Source: an uncultured Gammaproteobacteria bacterium (GTDB lineage: Bacteria > Patescibacteriota > Patescibacteriia > Magasanikbacterales > GCA-002688135). Taken from it: a stretch of 64,000 bases of DNA. The translations under genes and the position numbers were made by a program. The notes beneath the pieces are model-generated. The model worked only from the letters and a program-made list of their open reading frames with translations, was not told the DNA's origin and did no database searches. Location: assembly GCA_964536205.1 (NCBI GenBank), contig CAZHVT010000002.1:1982-65981 (forward strand), written 5' to 3'. Within the stretch, counting starts at the first letter, position 1. The number at the start of each line of letters is the position of its first letter. This document shows positions 47,049 through 55,837 of this stretch, in pieces.

Positions 47049-48770
47049 CTATCTATGTGGACGCATGTCGATGAGGCTGCACTGGATTTCTTGTCTTCCG
47101 TTGTAGGAATTAATGCCAAGTCTATACACCACATCAACACGATCACCAAGGTTAAACTTTGTGACATATTCAGCCTTTCCAAAACCAACAAACTTCAACA
47201 TATTCCCATCATCATCAACAAGTTGCATAATAATAGTCGATCCAGAATTCCCAACAACTTGCGCATGAGCAACCTCAACATTTCGAGAGAGAAAAACAGG
47301 TTCCTCGTTTTTCATTCCATGAGGTTCAAGTTTTTGTAGATCGCGCACAAGCTCCCATGTAACATCACAAAATCGCAGCTCACAATCAACATGAAATTCA
47401 GGATCATCATGCACACCTTCCATCGCAGAAACAATCTTGACCAACTCCTCCTCAAAGTAGGGAAGCAGGCTTGGGTCTTTTAATGAAAATCCGCAAGCCT
47501 GCGGATGACCTCCATACTTTTCCAAATACTGTGAAGCAACATCGAGCGCACGAACGATATTTACATTGTTTACGCTCCTTCCAGAACCAACGACAGTTCC
47601 ATTTCGACTAGACATCACCAAAGCAGGTTTTTGATATGCATCTTTCAGTCTTCCGGCAATTAACCCGACTATTCCGCTGGGCCAATCATCATGATATGCA
47701 AACAAAATAGGGTTATCTCTCTGCGCCTCACTTTCAACTTGCTCCTTCGCTCTAGCAAGTGCAGATTTTGTAGATGTCTGTCGTCTGTTATTTATCGTTT
47801 TTATTTCCAACATCAAATCCTCTGCAACTTTCATGTCGTTCGCCCGAAGCAAATCAAAAGCAATGCGAGGATCTCCCATTCTTCCAGGAGCATTTATTTT
47901 CGGACCGATGCCAAATGAAAATGTTTTAGGTCCAAAATCATCATTACGACGATCCTTCAATAAGATCTCAAATCCTAGGCGAGAAGTACGGGCCAAACGT
48001 TCAATTCCATACTTTGCGATAATTCGAGACTCGCCAAGAAGAGGAACCATATCCGCAATTGTCGACATCGCAGCAACATCTAACATCGAATACAAAAAGT
48101 GCTCAACAGATTCAGGCGCAGGCTGACGATCTATGTTATGCGCATGCAACAATAATCCATGCGCAAATTTAAATGCCACGCCACCACCAGCCAAAGATTC
48201 ATCCGGATATGGCTCATCCGGAAGTTTCGGATGAAGTGTAGCATGTGCTGGAGGAAGGTTATCCTTAAATTGATGATGATCAGTTACAATCACATCAACA
48301 CTGTTATCCTGCAAATACTTCACCTCATCAATATTAGAAATTCCACAGTCAATACTAATCACAACCCCAGCCTTATCAGCTACAAATTTCTCTGCTGTGT
48401 GCATGCTCATGCCATATCCATCCTCATCACGATGCGGCAAAAATACATGAACTTCTGCTCCAAGTGCAACAAGGGTTTCAAGAAGAATAACAGAACCACC
48501 AATCCCATCAGCATCATAGTCCCCATGAATCATAATCAATTCCTTTTTCTCAATCGCTTTAAAAACACGCTCACAAGCTTTCGTCATATCAGAAAACAAA
48601 AAAGGATCATGCAGCTGATCCAAAGAAGGGGAGAGAAAAGCCGAAACATCAGAAACCTCACGTTGAGAAAGTAGATCCAAAACAACCCGATGAATATCAG
48701 GATGCGCGGAAATAAAATCTCCCGGCGCACCCTCCGATACACGCCATTTTTGGTTTTCAAATGAGGTCAT
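47049..48770 (-). CDS. recJ: ssDNA-specific exonuclease RecJ
   Basis: GDYDADG, DCG, TDHH, TIADMVPL, PKINAPGR, GSGRS, GGHPQACG. Confidence 0.96.
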   Translation of the reverse strand: MTSFENQKWRVSEGAPGDFISAHPDIHRVVLDLLSQREVSDVSAFLSPSLDQLHDPFLFSDMTKACERVFKAIEKKELIMIHGDYDADGIGGSVILLETLVALGAEVHVFLPHRDEDGYGMSMHTAEKFVADKAGVVISIDCGISNIDEVKYLQDNSVDVIVTDHHQFKDNLPPAHATLHPKLPDEPYPDESLAGGGVAFKFAHGLLLHAHNIDRQPAPESVEHFLYSMLDVAAMSTIADMVPLLGESRIIAKYGIERLARTSRLGFEILLKDRRNDDFGPKTFSFGIGPKINAPGRMGDPRIAFDLLRANDMKVAEDLMLEIKTINNRRQTSTKSALARAKEQVESEAQRDNPILFAYHDDWPSGIVGLIAGRLKDAYQKPALVMSSRNGTVVGSGRSVNNVNIVRALDVASQYLEKYGGHPQACGFSLKDPSLLPYFEEELVKIVSAMEGVHDDPEFHVDCELRFCDVTWELVRDLQKLEPHGMKNEEPVFLSRNVEVAHAQVVGNSGSTIIMQLVDDDGNMLKFVGFGKAEYVTKFNLGDRVDVVYRLGINSYNGRQEIQCSLIDMRPHR

Positions 48771-48774
48771 GAAA

Positions 48775-48905
48775 TTCGTAAAGCGTAACTCGTAATGCGT
48801 AACTCGGGAAATGTATCGCGAAGCGATAATTTATAGATCGTCGCCTTGCGACACTTTTTACGCTTTACGCTTTACGCTTTACGCTTTACGCATTACGAGT
48901 CACGA
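48775..48905. repeat. Heptamer-based inverted/tandem repeat with ATCGCGAAGCGAT core
   Basis: (TTTACGC)x5 at 48857-48891; CTCGTAATGCGTAA 48789-48802 pairs with 48886-48899. Confidence 0.88.
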
Positions 48906-48910
48906 AAAAA

Positions 48911-49030
48911 TTAGTACCCAAATCCACCACCACCCACAAAAGCTGGTAGAATTGTAATACCAACAAGCGCGACAGTACTAATCGTCACAAAGATAATCTT
49001 GAATATCTTTTTCTGCTTTTTTGTCATCAT
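48911..49030 (-). CDS. Small single-TM protein (39 aa)
   Basis: MMTKKQKKIFKIIFVTISTVALVGITILPAFVGGGGFGY; basic N-terminus plus TM; co-oriented with recJ. Confidence 0.6.
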   Translation of the reverse strand: MMTKKQKKIFKIIFVTISTVALVGITILPAFVGGGGFGY

Positions 49031-49130
49031 AGAAGTGTATAGTAGCATATCTGGAAAAAACACGAAATAGCAGGATATTGAGGGTGGGGTTGACAGGAAG
49101 GCGAGATTATGATAAAAAAAGGAGGATTTC

Positions 49131-49562
49131 ATGGAGGGAAAAATGTCAGGGAAACATGTGAGAACAGGTGCTGAAGAGCGAATTAATTGTGAGGATTGCA
49201 AAGGGACATGCATAGTCCCGAACACTGAATTCGTGGATTGTGGGGAGTGCGGCGGTGTACCGAATGTCTGCGATGTGTGTGAAGGTGGCGGGCAACTTGA
49301 GGGAGATGATGGCTTCGCGGAAGATTGCCACAAGTGTAGTGGAAGTGGTAAGAGGCGATACAAGTGCAAGCCATGCGGTGGCACAGGAAAAATCGAGCGC
49401 GAGGGCGATGGGACGCCTTGTCATGAGTGCATGGACATGGGAAGCGCCTGTAGCTTCTGCGAGGAGTTCGAGTGTAGTGGTTCGCCGTACTGCCAGAACT
49501 GCAATGAGTGTGGACACTCATGTAGCTGTCCCGAAGGCCAGCGAATCGAAGCCGAATTCTAG
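49131..49562 (+). CDS. Cys-rich zinc-finger protein (DnaJ-type CxxCxGxG repeats)
   Basis: Many CxxC pairs; AAGGAGG SD, TTGACA upstream, bidirectional terminator after. Confidence 0.7.
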   Translation: MEGKMSGKHVRTGAEERINCEDCKGTCIVPNTEFVDCGECGGVPNVCDVCEGGGQLEGDDGFAEDCHKCSGSGKRRYKCKPCGGTGKIEREGDGTPCHECMDMGSACSFCEEFECSGSPYCQNCNECGHSCSCPEGQRIEAEF

Positions 49563-49596
49563 AACCAAAAAGTCCTCTACGCGAGGACTTATTTTT

Positions 49597-51387
49597 TTAC
49601 GATCGTTTTAAAACTGCAAGGTAGGCTTCTGGGGGAATTTTGACTTTCCCGGTTGCCATCATGCGCTTTTTTCCTTTCTTTTGTTTTTCTAAAAGTTTTC
49701 GTTTTCGTGTGACATCTCCGCCATACAATTTTGCCGTCACATCTTTTCGCATTGCAGACAATCGTTCTCCTGCAATTACTTTCCCGCCAATCGTCGCTTG
49801 TAATTTCAAAACAAATTGTTGACGCGGCAAAGTTTCCTTTAGTTTGGTTACAACTGTTTTCCCAATCTTAAATGCATCCTCGCGCCACACCAATTGAGAA
49901 AGCGCCTCAACCTGTTCTTCTGCAACCAAAATATCCAACTTCACCACGTCAGAATCACGATACCCAATCACATCATAATTCATTGATGCATATCCAGAAG
50001 AAATCGATTTCAAATTATCATAAAAATCTGTGAGAATCGCAGCAAGTGGAATATCATAATGTAAAATCACGCGCTTAGAACCACCAACACCTTCCAAAAA
50101 TTCTGTATTGATATATGTTCCTTTGCTCTCCTGCACAAACTGCATAATCCCGCCAAGCGTATCTTCTGTGGTAATAATATCCAATCGTACCCACGGTTCC
50201 TGCACTATCTCACGAATATTTGGATCTGGCATGGATTGTGGACTTTTCGCCGTCAACGTTTTCCCATCACGTAGCGTAACCTCGTACGCAACAGATGGAA
50301 CAGTCACTACAATCTCCAAATTATGCTCACGCCGCAATCGCTCCTGCACAATCTCTAAATGTAGCATCCCTAAAAATCCACATCGAAATCCAACTCCAAG
50401 GGCATCAGAATGTTCGGGTTCATACATGAGAGAAGAATCAGATAATACCAACCGCTCCAATCCTTCTCGTAGCTTCCCATAATCATTTCCTTCTGCAGGA
50501 AAAATCCCAGCAAACACCATCGATTTAATTTCTTCATATCCAGCAAGCGGCTGTGTTGAAGTTTTCTGATTGATAATCGTATCACCAACACGACAACTCG
50601 CAAGATCCTTAAATCCTGTCGCAATCATCCCAATCGATCCAGCCGTCAAATTCGGCACAACTTTAAACTGCGGACTTGAAACCCCCACATCCATCGGCGC
50701 AGCATCTGTATTCGTTTTTATAAAATGAATCAAATCATCACGCGCAACCTGTCCATTCACAATCCGCACATTTGCAATCACACCTTTATACTCATCATAA
50801 TATGAATCAAAAATCAGAGCTTGCAACGGCGCGGTCGGATCACCAACCGGAGCGGGCACACGATCAATAACAGCTTGCAAAACAGCCTCAATACCCTCAC
50901 CAGTTTTCGCAGAAACTGACAAAATATCCTCACGATCACAACCCAACAAATTGATAATCTCTTGAGAAACTGTTTCAACATCAGCTGCCGGCAAATCAAT
51001 TTTATTCATCACAGGAATAATCTTCAGATCCTGCTCCAAAGCCAAATATAAATTCGCAATCGTCTGCGCCTGTACACCTTGCGCCGCATCCACCAACAAA
51101 ATCGCTCCCTCAACAGCCGCAAGAGATCGAGAAACCTCATACGTAAAATCAACATGTCCCGGTGTATCAATCAAATTCAACTCATGTCCTAAAAATTCCA
51201 TTCGTACTGGCTGCAACTTAATCGTAATCCCACGCTCCTGCTCAATATCCATCGTATCCAACATCTGCGTCCCAATCTTCCGCTTATCAACCGCCCCCGT
51301 CAATTCCAAAAAACGATCGGCAAGCGTAGACTTCCCATGATCAATATGCGCGATAATGCAAAAATTTCGTATGTTCTGGAGTTCCAT
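49597..51387 (-). CDS. lepA: Elongation factor 4
   Basis: IAHIDHGKSTLADR, DTPGHVDF, GFLGMLHLEI, RKDVTAKLYGGD..RKRKLLEKQK. Confidence 0.98.
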   Translation of the reverse strand: MELQNIRNFCIIAHIDHGKSTLADRFLELTGAVDKRKIGTQMLDTMDIEQERGITIKLQPVRMEFLGHELNLIDTPGHVDFTYEVSRSLAAVEGAILLVDAAQGVQAQTIANLYLALEQDLKIIPVMNKIDLPAADVETVSQEIINLLGCDREDILSVSAKTGEGIEAVLQAVIDRVPAPVGDPTAPLQALIFDSYYDEYKGVIANVRIVNGQVARDDLIHFIKTNTDAAPMDVGVSSPQFKVVPNLTAGSIGMIATGFKDLASCRVGDTIINQKTSTQPLAGYEEIKSMVFAGIFPAEGNDYGKLREGLERLVLSDSSLMYEPEHSDALGVGFRCGFLGMLHLEIVQERLRREHNLEIVVTVPSVAYEVTLRDGKTLTAKSPQSMPDPNIREIVQEPWVRLDIITTEDTLGGIMQFVQESKGTYINTEFLEGVGGSKRVILHYDIPLAAILTDFYDNLKSISSGYASMNYDVIGYRDSDVVKLDILVAEEQVEALSQLVWREDAFKIGKTVVTKLKETLPRQQFVLKLQATIGGKVIAGERLSAMRKDVTAKLYGGDVTRKRKLLEKQKKGKKRMMATGKVKIPPEAYLAVLKRS

Positions 51388-51452
51388 GTGCACCTATCAT
51401 AAATGTTATGAGGAATCAGGTCAATGAGATGATTGACTGAAACGGAGAGAAT

Positions 51453-53150
51453 ATGATAAAAAAGACACTTATGTCAGCTCAAAAAGCAAAAAAGTTTGCA
51501 ATATATTCTGTAATCGCAGTGGGAGTTTTGGTGGTGTTTGCAGCAATGACAAATTTTCAAAGTTTGCGTGGAGGAGCGATAGCAAACCTATTACCCCAAG
51601 GAGTGCGTCACGGAATCAAAGACATGTTCTTTTTTATTCATGACGCACCATCATTAGCAAAAGCATCTCTATCAAAAGAAAAAATAGATCGTGTTGAAAT
51701 CACAATGGACCCAGAAGACTTGCGTGCAATCTATCAGATCGATACAGATCAAAAATATTTGGATCAAGGAAAACAGCGTCGCCCAGTAAAAGTTTCATTC
51801 AAGGGAAAAGAATACAATGCAGAAGTTCGATTGCGCGGTGAGACAAGTCCGCATTGGGCATATGAAAAAAAATCATGGCGGATTGAATTGGATAAAAAGA
51901 AAATTTTCGATGTAAGTACGCTAGAATTCATCGTCGCATCGGATCGATTCTATGTTGTCGAACAATTTAATAATGCGCGCGCGCGAAAGATGGGATTACT
52001 TGTTCCAGATTCGCAATACGCAAACCTCACCATCAACAACAAAGATTTCGGCGTCTATTTTGTATCAGAAAGAATTGCAGATGATTTTGTCACACGACAT
52101 GAGCTGCCAGAAGAAACAGTCATATATGGGGAAACAGATTTAAATCGAACAATTTATGAAAATGCAGGATTGTGGAAAATCAATGCAGGCGAAGAATCAG
52201 AAGTTGGATTCGGCCCGCTCATCACACTCATCGATGCAATGGATATTGAGGATGATGAGAAATTCTATAAGCGACTAAAAGAATTGGTAAATATCGAAAA
52301 GTTCGCACTTTGGAATGCGCATCAAATCCTCGCAGGATCAGAACATCAAGATTGGGCACACAACACACGCATCATGTATCGCCCTGACACAAACCTCATG
52401 TACTTCATTCCGTGGGATGTTGAATTCCAACCGCTCCATCGCGCGCGTCCGATCGATCGTCGTTACAATCCAATTATCAATCGACTCATCAACATTCCAG
52501 AATACCAGATCATGCGTGCACAGATTTTGTGGAGTATGGTTGGAAATGATGAGTGGGTGAGAATGGACAAAGAAATGTTCGATGAGATTGCAGGAGAAGT
52601 GACACCAGCCGCATATCGCGATCGAACAAAAGAACATACTAACAAAGAAGTCAAAGAGATGATTGCATATTATGATGGCGTGCGACAACAAAACATCAAT
52701 TATCTGCAAGAAGCATTACAACAAAACAGAGCACTCGCACATCTCACATGGAAAACAAATCAAAGAAAAACTGAAGGGAAGATGCGAATTTCAATTGATG
52801 ATGAATCGCCAGCTGCACTTGCGAGAATTGTATTTCCGCCAGAAGATGCACGTCATGATTGGAAACTATATAAAGATAATGGAGATGGAATACATAATAG
52901 ATTCGATCAGTTATTGGGAATATCACAAAACGGCGTGATAGAAATTAAAAAAGAAATCCCATTACACGCAATCAAATATGATGTGTGGCTTCACAATCGA
53001 TATGAACAATTTGAAACGAAACTTGGGCACTATGATTTCTTTCTGGTGAGAAGTGGATCACAGTTTAATACAGATGTCACACCTCGGATAACAGTTCAGA
53101 ATCTAGTAACACGAGAAAATCAAATCATAGAACCTGCTATTGGAATATGA
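51453..53150 (+). CDS. CotH family kinase, N-terminally membrane anchored
   Basis: VRLRGETS, KKSWRI, FGVYFVSERI, HN...FIPWDVE; start 51453 or 51471. Confidence 0.88.
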   Translation: MIKKTLMSAQKAKKFAIYSVIAVGVLVVFAAMTNFQSLRGGAIANLLPQGVRHGIKDMFFFIHDAPSLAKASLSKEKIDRVEITMDPEDLRAIYQIDTDQKYLDQGKQRRPVKVSFKGKEYNAEVRLRGETSPHWAYEKKSWRIELDKKKIFDVSTLEFIVASDRFYVVEQFNNARARKMGLLVPDSQYANLTINNKDFGVYFVSERIADDFVTRHELPEETVIYGETDLNRTIYENAGLWKINAGEESEVGFGPLITLIDAMDIEDDEKFYKRLKELVNIEKFALWNAHQILAGSEHQDWAHNTRIMYRPDTNLMYFIPWDVEFQPLHRARPIDRRYNPIINRLINIPEYQIMRAQILWSMVGNDEWVRMDKEMFDEIAGEVTPAAYRDRTKEHTNKEVKEMIAYYDGVRQQNINYLQEALQQNRALAHLTWKTNQRKTEGKMRISIDDESPAALARIVFPPEDARHDWKLYKDNGDGIHNRFDQLLGISQNGVIEIKKEIPLHAIKYDVWLHNRYEQFETKLGHYDFFLVRSGSQFNTDVTPRITVQNLVTRENQIIEPAIGI

Positions 53151-53878
53151 AACATCCGCGCATCCCACACGAATTCCAACGCTACGAATTCAAATACGTC
53201 ATGCCAGATTACATGACCGCCACGATCAAAAAATCGCTGGAACATTTTGGTATGATCAAGGATCCGATGGTGCCAGATGGAAAAAACAGTTACGACATCA
53301 CAAGTTTGTATTTTGATAATGAAAAACTTCTTGCATATCATTCAAAACTTGCCGGCGAGAGAAATCGATACAAACTCCGCTTACGATATTATGGCGATGT
53401 GAAAGATGCACCACAACATTCATTCGCAGAAATCAAAAGTAAGTACAACAGTGTTATTCACAAACGCCGTGAAAGAATTTCAGCAGAAGATGTAATTGCA
53501 CTATGCAATGGATTAGTACCATCACACAAAGACGATGCAGAAACATTCCAACTATTTGTTGCACGCATGAAAAAAAATAGCATGACACCCCGCATGCTCG
53601 TGCGATACAAACGAGAGCCATTGATTTGGAATAAAGATAAGAGATTGCGCATCACCTTTGATTCACACTTACAATCTCGCTCGTCAGAAAATCTATATGA
53701 TGCCGGCATGTTTCATGATTATATGAAACATCGTACTGTGATGGAGCTCAAATTCACCGGATGGGCACCCGGATGGGTCGGGCAAATCATACGAGAACAC
53801 AGACTTGACCGAGTCGCCTCATCCAAGTATTGTCTAGCGGTACGAGACGCATCTCGCGTCGGTCGCATTAGAATCTAA
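53147..53878 (+). CDS. VTC domain (polyphosphate polymerase-like) protein
   Basis: RYEFKY, ITSLYFD, KLRLRYY, EIKSK, RITFD, MELKF, SKYC; ATGA overlap with CotH. Confidence 0.92.
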   Translation: MKHPRIPHEFQRYEFKYVMPDYMTATIKKSLEHFGMIKDPMVPDGKNSYDITSLYFDNEKLLAYHSKLAGERNRYKLRLRYYGDVKDAPQHSFAEIKSKYNSVIHKRRERISAEDVIALCNGLVPSHKDDAETFQLFVARMKKNSMTPRMLVRYKREPLIWNKDKRLRITFDSHLQSRSSENLYDAGMFHDYMKHRTVMELKFTGWAPGWVGQIIREHRLDRVASSKYCLAVRDASRVGRIRI

Positions 53879-53883
53879 TTACC

Positions 53884-53954
53884 TTGTCATCCCGGCGTAG
53901 GCCGGGATCCATCATGTTAATCAGCATGGATTCCGGCCTACGCCGGAATGACAA
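53884..53954. repeat. Palindromic REP-like element, copy 3
   Basis: TTGTCATCCCGGCGTAGGCCGGGATCCAT...ATGGATTCCGGCCTACGCCGGAATGACAA. Confidence 0.92.
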
Positions 53955-53961
53955 ATAAAAT

Positions 53962-54636
53962 ATGTTAGAAGACATTTTTTTCTCCGCCGGCCCAGTCGAT
54001 GTAAACGTAGTAATCATGTCAATAAGTGTGATTATCGCGTTTGTATTATCGATGTTCATCGCATGGGTCTATAAACGAACTCACAGAGGATTATCATATT
54101 CTCCATCATTTGTTGCAAGTCTGGTCATGATGGGGCCGATTTTGTCAGTCATCATGATGATCGTTGGAACATCTGTCGCACGAGCATTTACGGTATTTGG
54201 AGCATTTACACTCATCCGTTTCAGAACAGCTATCAAAGATACACGAGACATCGCTTTCGTATTATGGATTTTGATGGCTGGACTTGGTGTAGGAACACAG
54301 AACCACATCATAGCTATCGTCGCGACATTGCTCATCAGTGTAGCTGTCTGGTGGTTATCAGTTTCTCGTTTTGGAGCAGTATCACGATTCGACTACGTTG
54401 TGACATTGGTAACTGCGGAACAAACAGACATGTACAAAGAGATTTTCGATCGTTTCGCAAAAAATGTATCTGTCCTATCATCTACTATTCAGAAAGATCG
54501 CAGCAGATCAGAAATGAGTGTTCAAATTACTCTCAAAGATGACACACAGTTGAAGGAACTGATTACAGCACTTAACAAAGAAGAAGCCATTCAAGAAGTT
54601 ATCGTCAACAGAACGCAAGGCGACTTGGAATTCTAA
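53962..54636 (+). CDS. DUF4956 membrane protein (TM bundle plus ACT-like C-terminus)
   Basis: YSPSF, ARAFTVFGAFTLIRFRTAIKDTRD. Confidence 0.9.
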   Translation: MLEDIFFSAGPVDVNVVIMSISVIIAFVLSMFIAWVYKRTHRGLSYSPSFVASLVMMGPILSVIMMIVGTSVARAFTVFGAFTLIRFRTAIKDTRDIAFVLWILMAGLGVGTQNHIIAIVATLLISVAVWWLSVSRFGAVSRFDYVVTLVTAEQTDMYKEIFDRFAKNVSVLSSTIQKDRSRSEMSVQITLKDDTQLKELITALNKEEAIQEVIVNRTQGDLEF

Positions 54637-55775
54637 TGATCACCTATAACACAGTTTTGAAAAAAAGCACCACGCGGCTCATGCTGCTCGGTGTTATTTT
54701 TTTATTGGCAGGATGCGGTTCAAATACAAGGCAACTAAGTACATACATGTTGGATGAAGAACCATCTGGCACGCCGCCGCGCATTGAGCGAGAATTCAAA
54801 TTATCGATGCAAGGTGAAGGCGCAGAAACACATGATCCCGAAACAATCATCGCAGTTGTATCTCATGGATTATCTGAACTCATCAACGAAAAAAAATTAT
54901 CCGCGCAGAATATTACAAATAAAGAATATTACATTGATGATGCAAGCAAAGCATTTGTATTTCGCGATACATATTATGACAACAACAAAAAAGATCTAGC
55001 TGCACGCGCAATTTCATATCGACTACGATACAGATTCAATGATGTAGAAAAATATGAAAAACATGAGCGCTATCCAGAGGATCCGGCATTTTTCCCAAAC
55101 CGCGCAGAGATTCAAGCCAAAACAGATCGTGTTGAAATTGGTGATGGGTTTTCAACAGTGAAAGAAGCGCGATTCGAATTCAGAAATGCATCAGATCCAT
55201 TTTCCAAAAAAAATAAAGCTCCAAAATCTCCCTGGAAATATTCACAATTTTCAAAATATCCCGAAACAGGTCAATTTCAAAAATACACAATGTGGCCAAC
55301 ATATCATGTCGTTGAATCATTAGAGGAAGAAATAGGTAGAAGCGGGAGTTTATATGTCCGACCATCAACAGTTCTTCTGACTCGTCGCGATCGAGTGCAT
55401 CTCAACATGAAAACTCCGTGGGGTTCAGGTCCAAACCCAGAACAAGTTTTTATTATTTCACTCGACACAGTTCAAGTTTTTGACGATTTCTATCATGAGT
55501 ATCTTCTCGGAAAACAAAACAGACCCGAACCAGTCGGATCATACATAGAAATGGAAATCGAGTTCGAGCGAAACATTTCAACAGAAATCGATGATGTCAT
55601 CAAAAAGGGAAGCAAGAAAAAAAAGAAAAAAGCTGAAGATGCTCGAGATGCATTTTTAAAAGATCAGAAAGAAATTGTAACCAAACTCGAATCTCAACTT
55701 GCACAACTAAACATAACTCTAACCCCAGTCACGCAAAGCAAATATGGACAAGCTATAAACCTCCTAAACAGATAG
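54636..55775 (+). CDS. Lipoprotein with CYTH/triphosphate-tunnel fold
   Basis: Lipobox LLAGC; ExExK (EREFK), DTYYD, YRLRYR, RRDR, ISLD, EMEIE; TAATG coupling to DUF4956. Confidence 0.78.
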   Translation: MITYNTVLKKSTTRLMLLGVIFLLAGCGSNTRQLSTYMLDEEPSGTPPRIEREFKLSMQGEGAETHDPETIIAVVSHGLSELINEKKLSAQNITNKEYYIDDASKAFVFRDTYYDNNKKDLAARAISYRLRYRFNDVEKYEKHERYPEDPAFFPNRAEIQAKTDRVEIGDGFSTVKEARFEFRNASDPFSKKNKAPKSPWKYSQFSKYPETGQFQKYTMWPTYHVVESLEEEIGRSGSLYVRPSTVLLTRRDRVHLNMKTPWGSGPNPEQVFIISLDTVQVFDDFYHEYLLGKQNRPEPVGSYIEMEIEFERNISTEIDDVIKKGSKKKKKKAEDARDAFLKDQKEIVTKLESQLAQLNITLTPVTQSKYGQAINLLNR

Positions 55776-55788
55776 TCATCATAGAACG

Positions 55789-55814
55789 GTCATCCTGGCA
55801 CAGGCTGGGATGAC
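55789..55814. repeat. Collapsed copy of REP-like element between convergent genes
   Basis: GTCATCCTGGCACAGGCTGGGATGAC. Confidence 0.7.
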
Positions 55815-55837
55815 AATTTTGGTCACGATGACAATTC

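Noticed and set aside
48775-48905. Tandem repeats as a CRISPR array
   Set aside because: 7-nt units without unique spacers; no cas genes in the window
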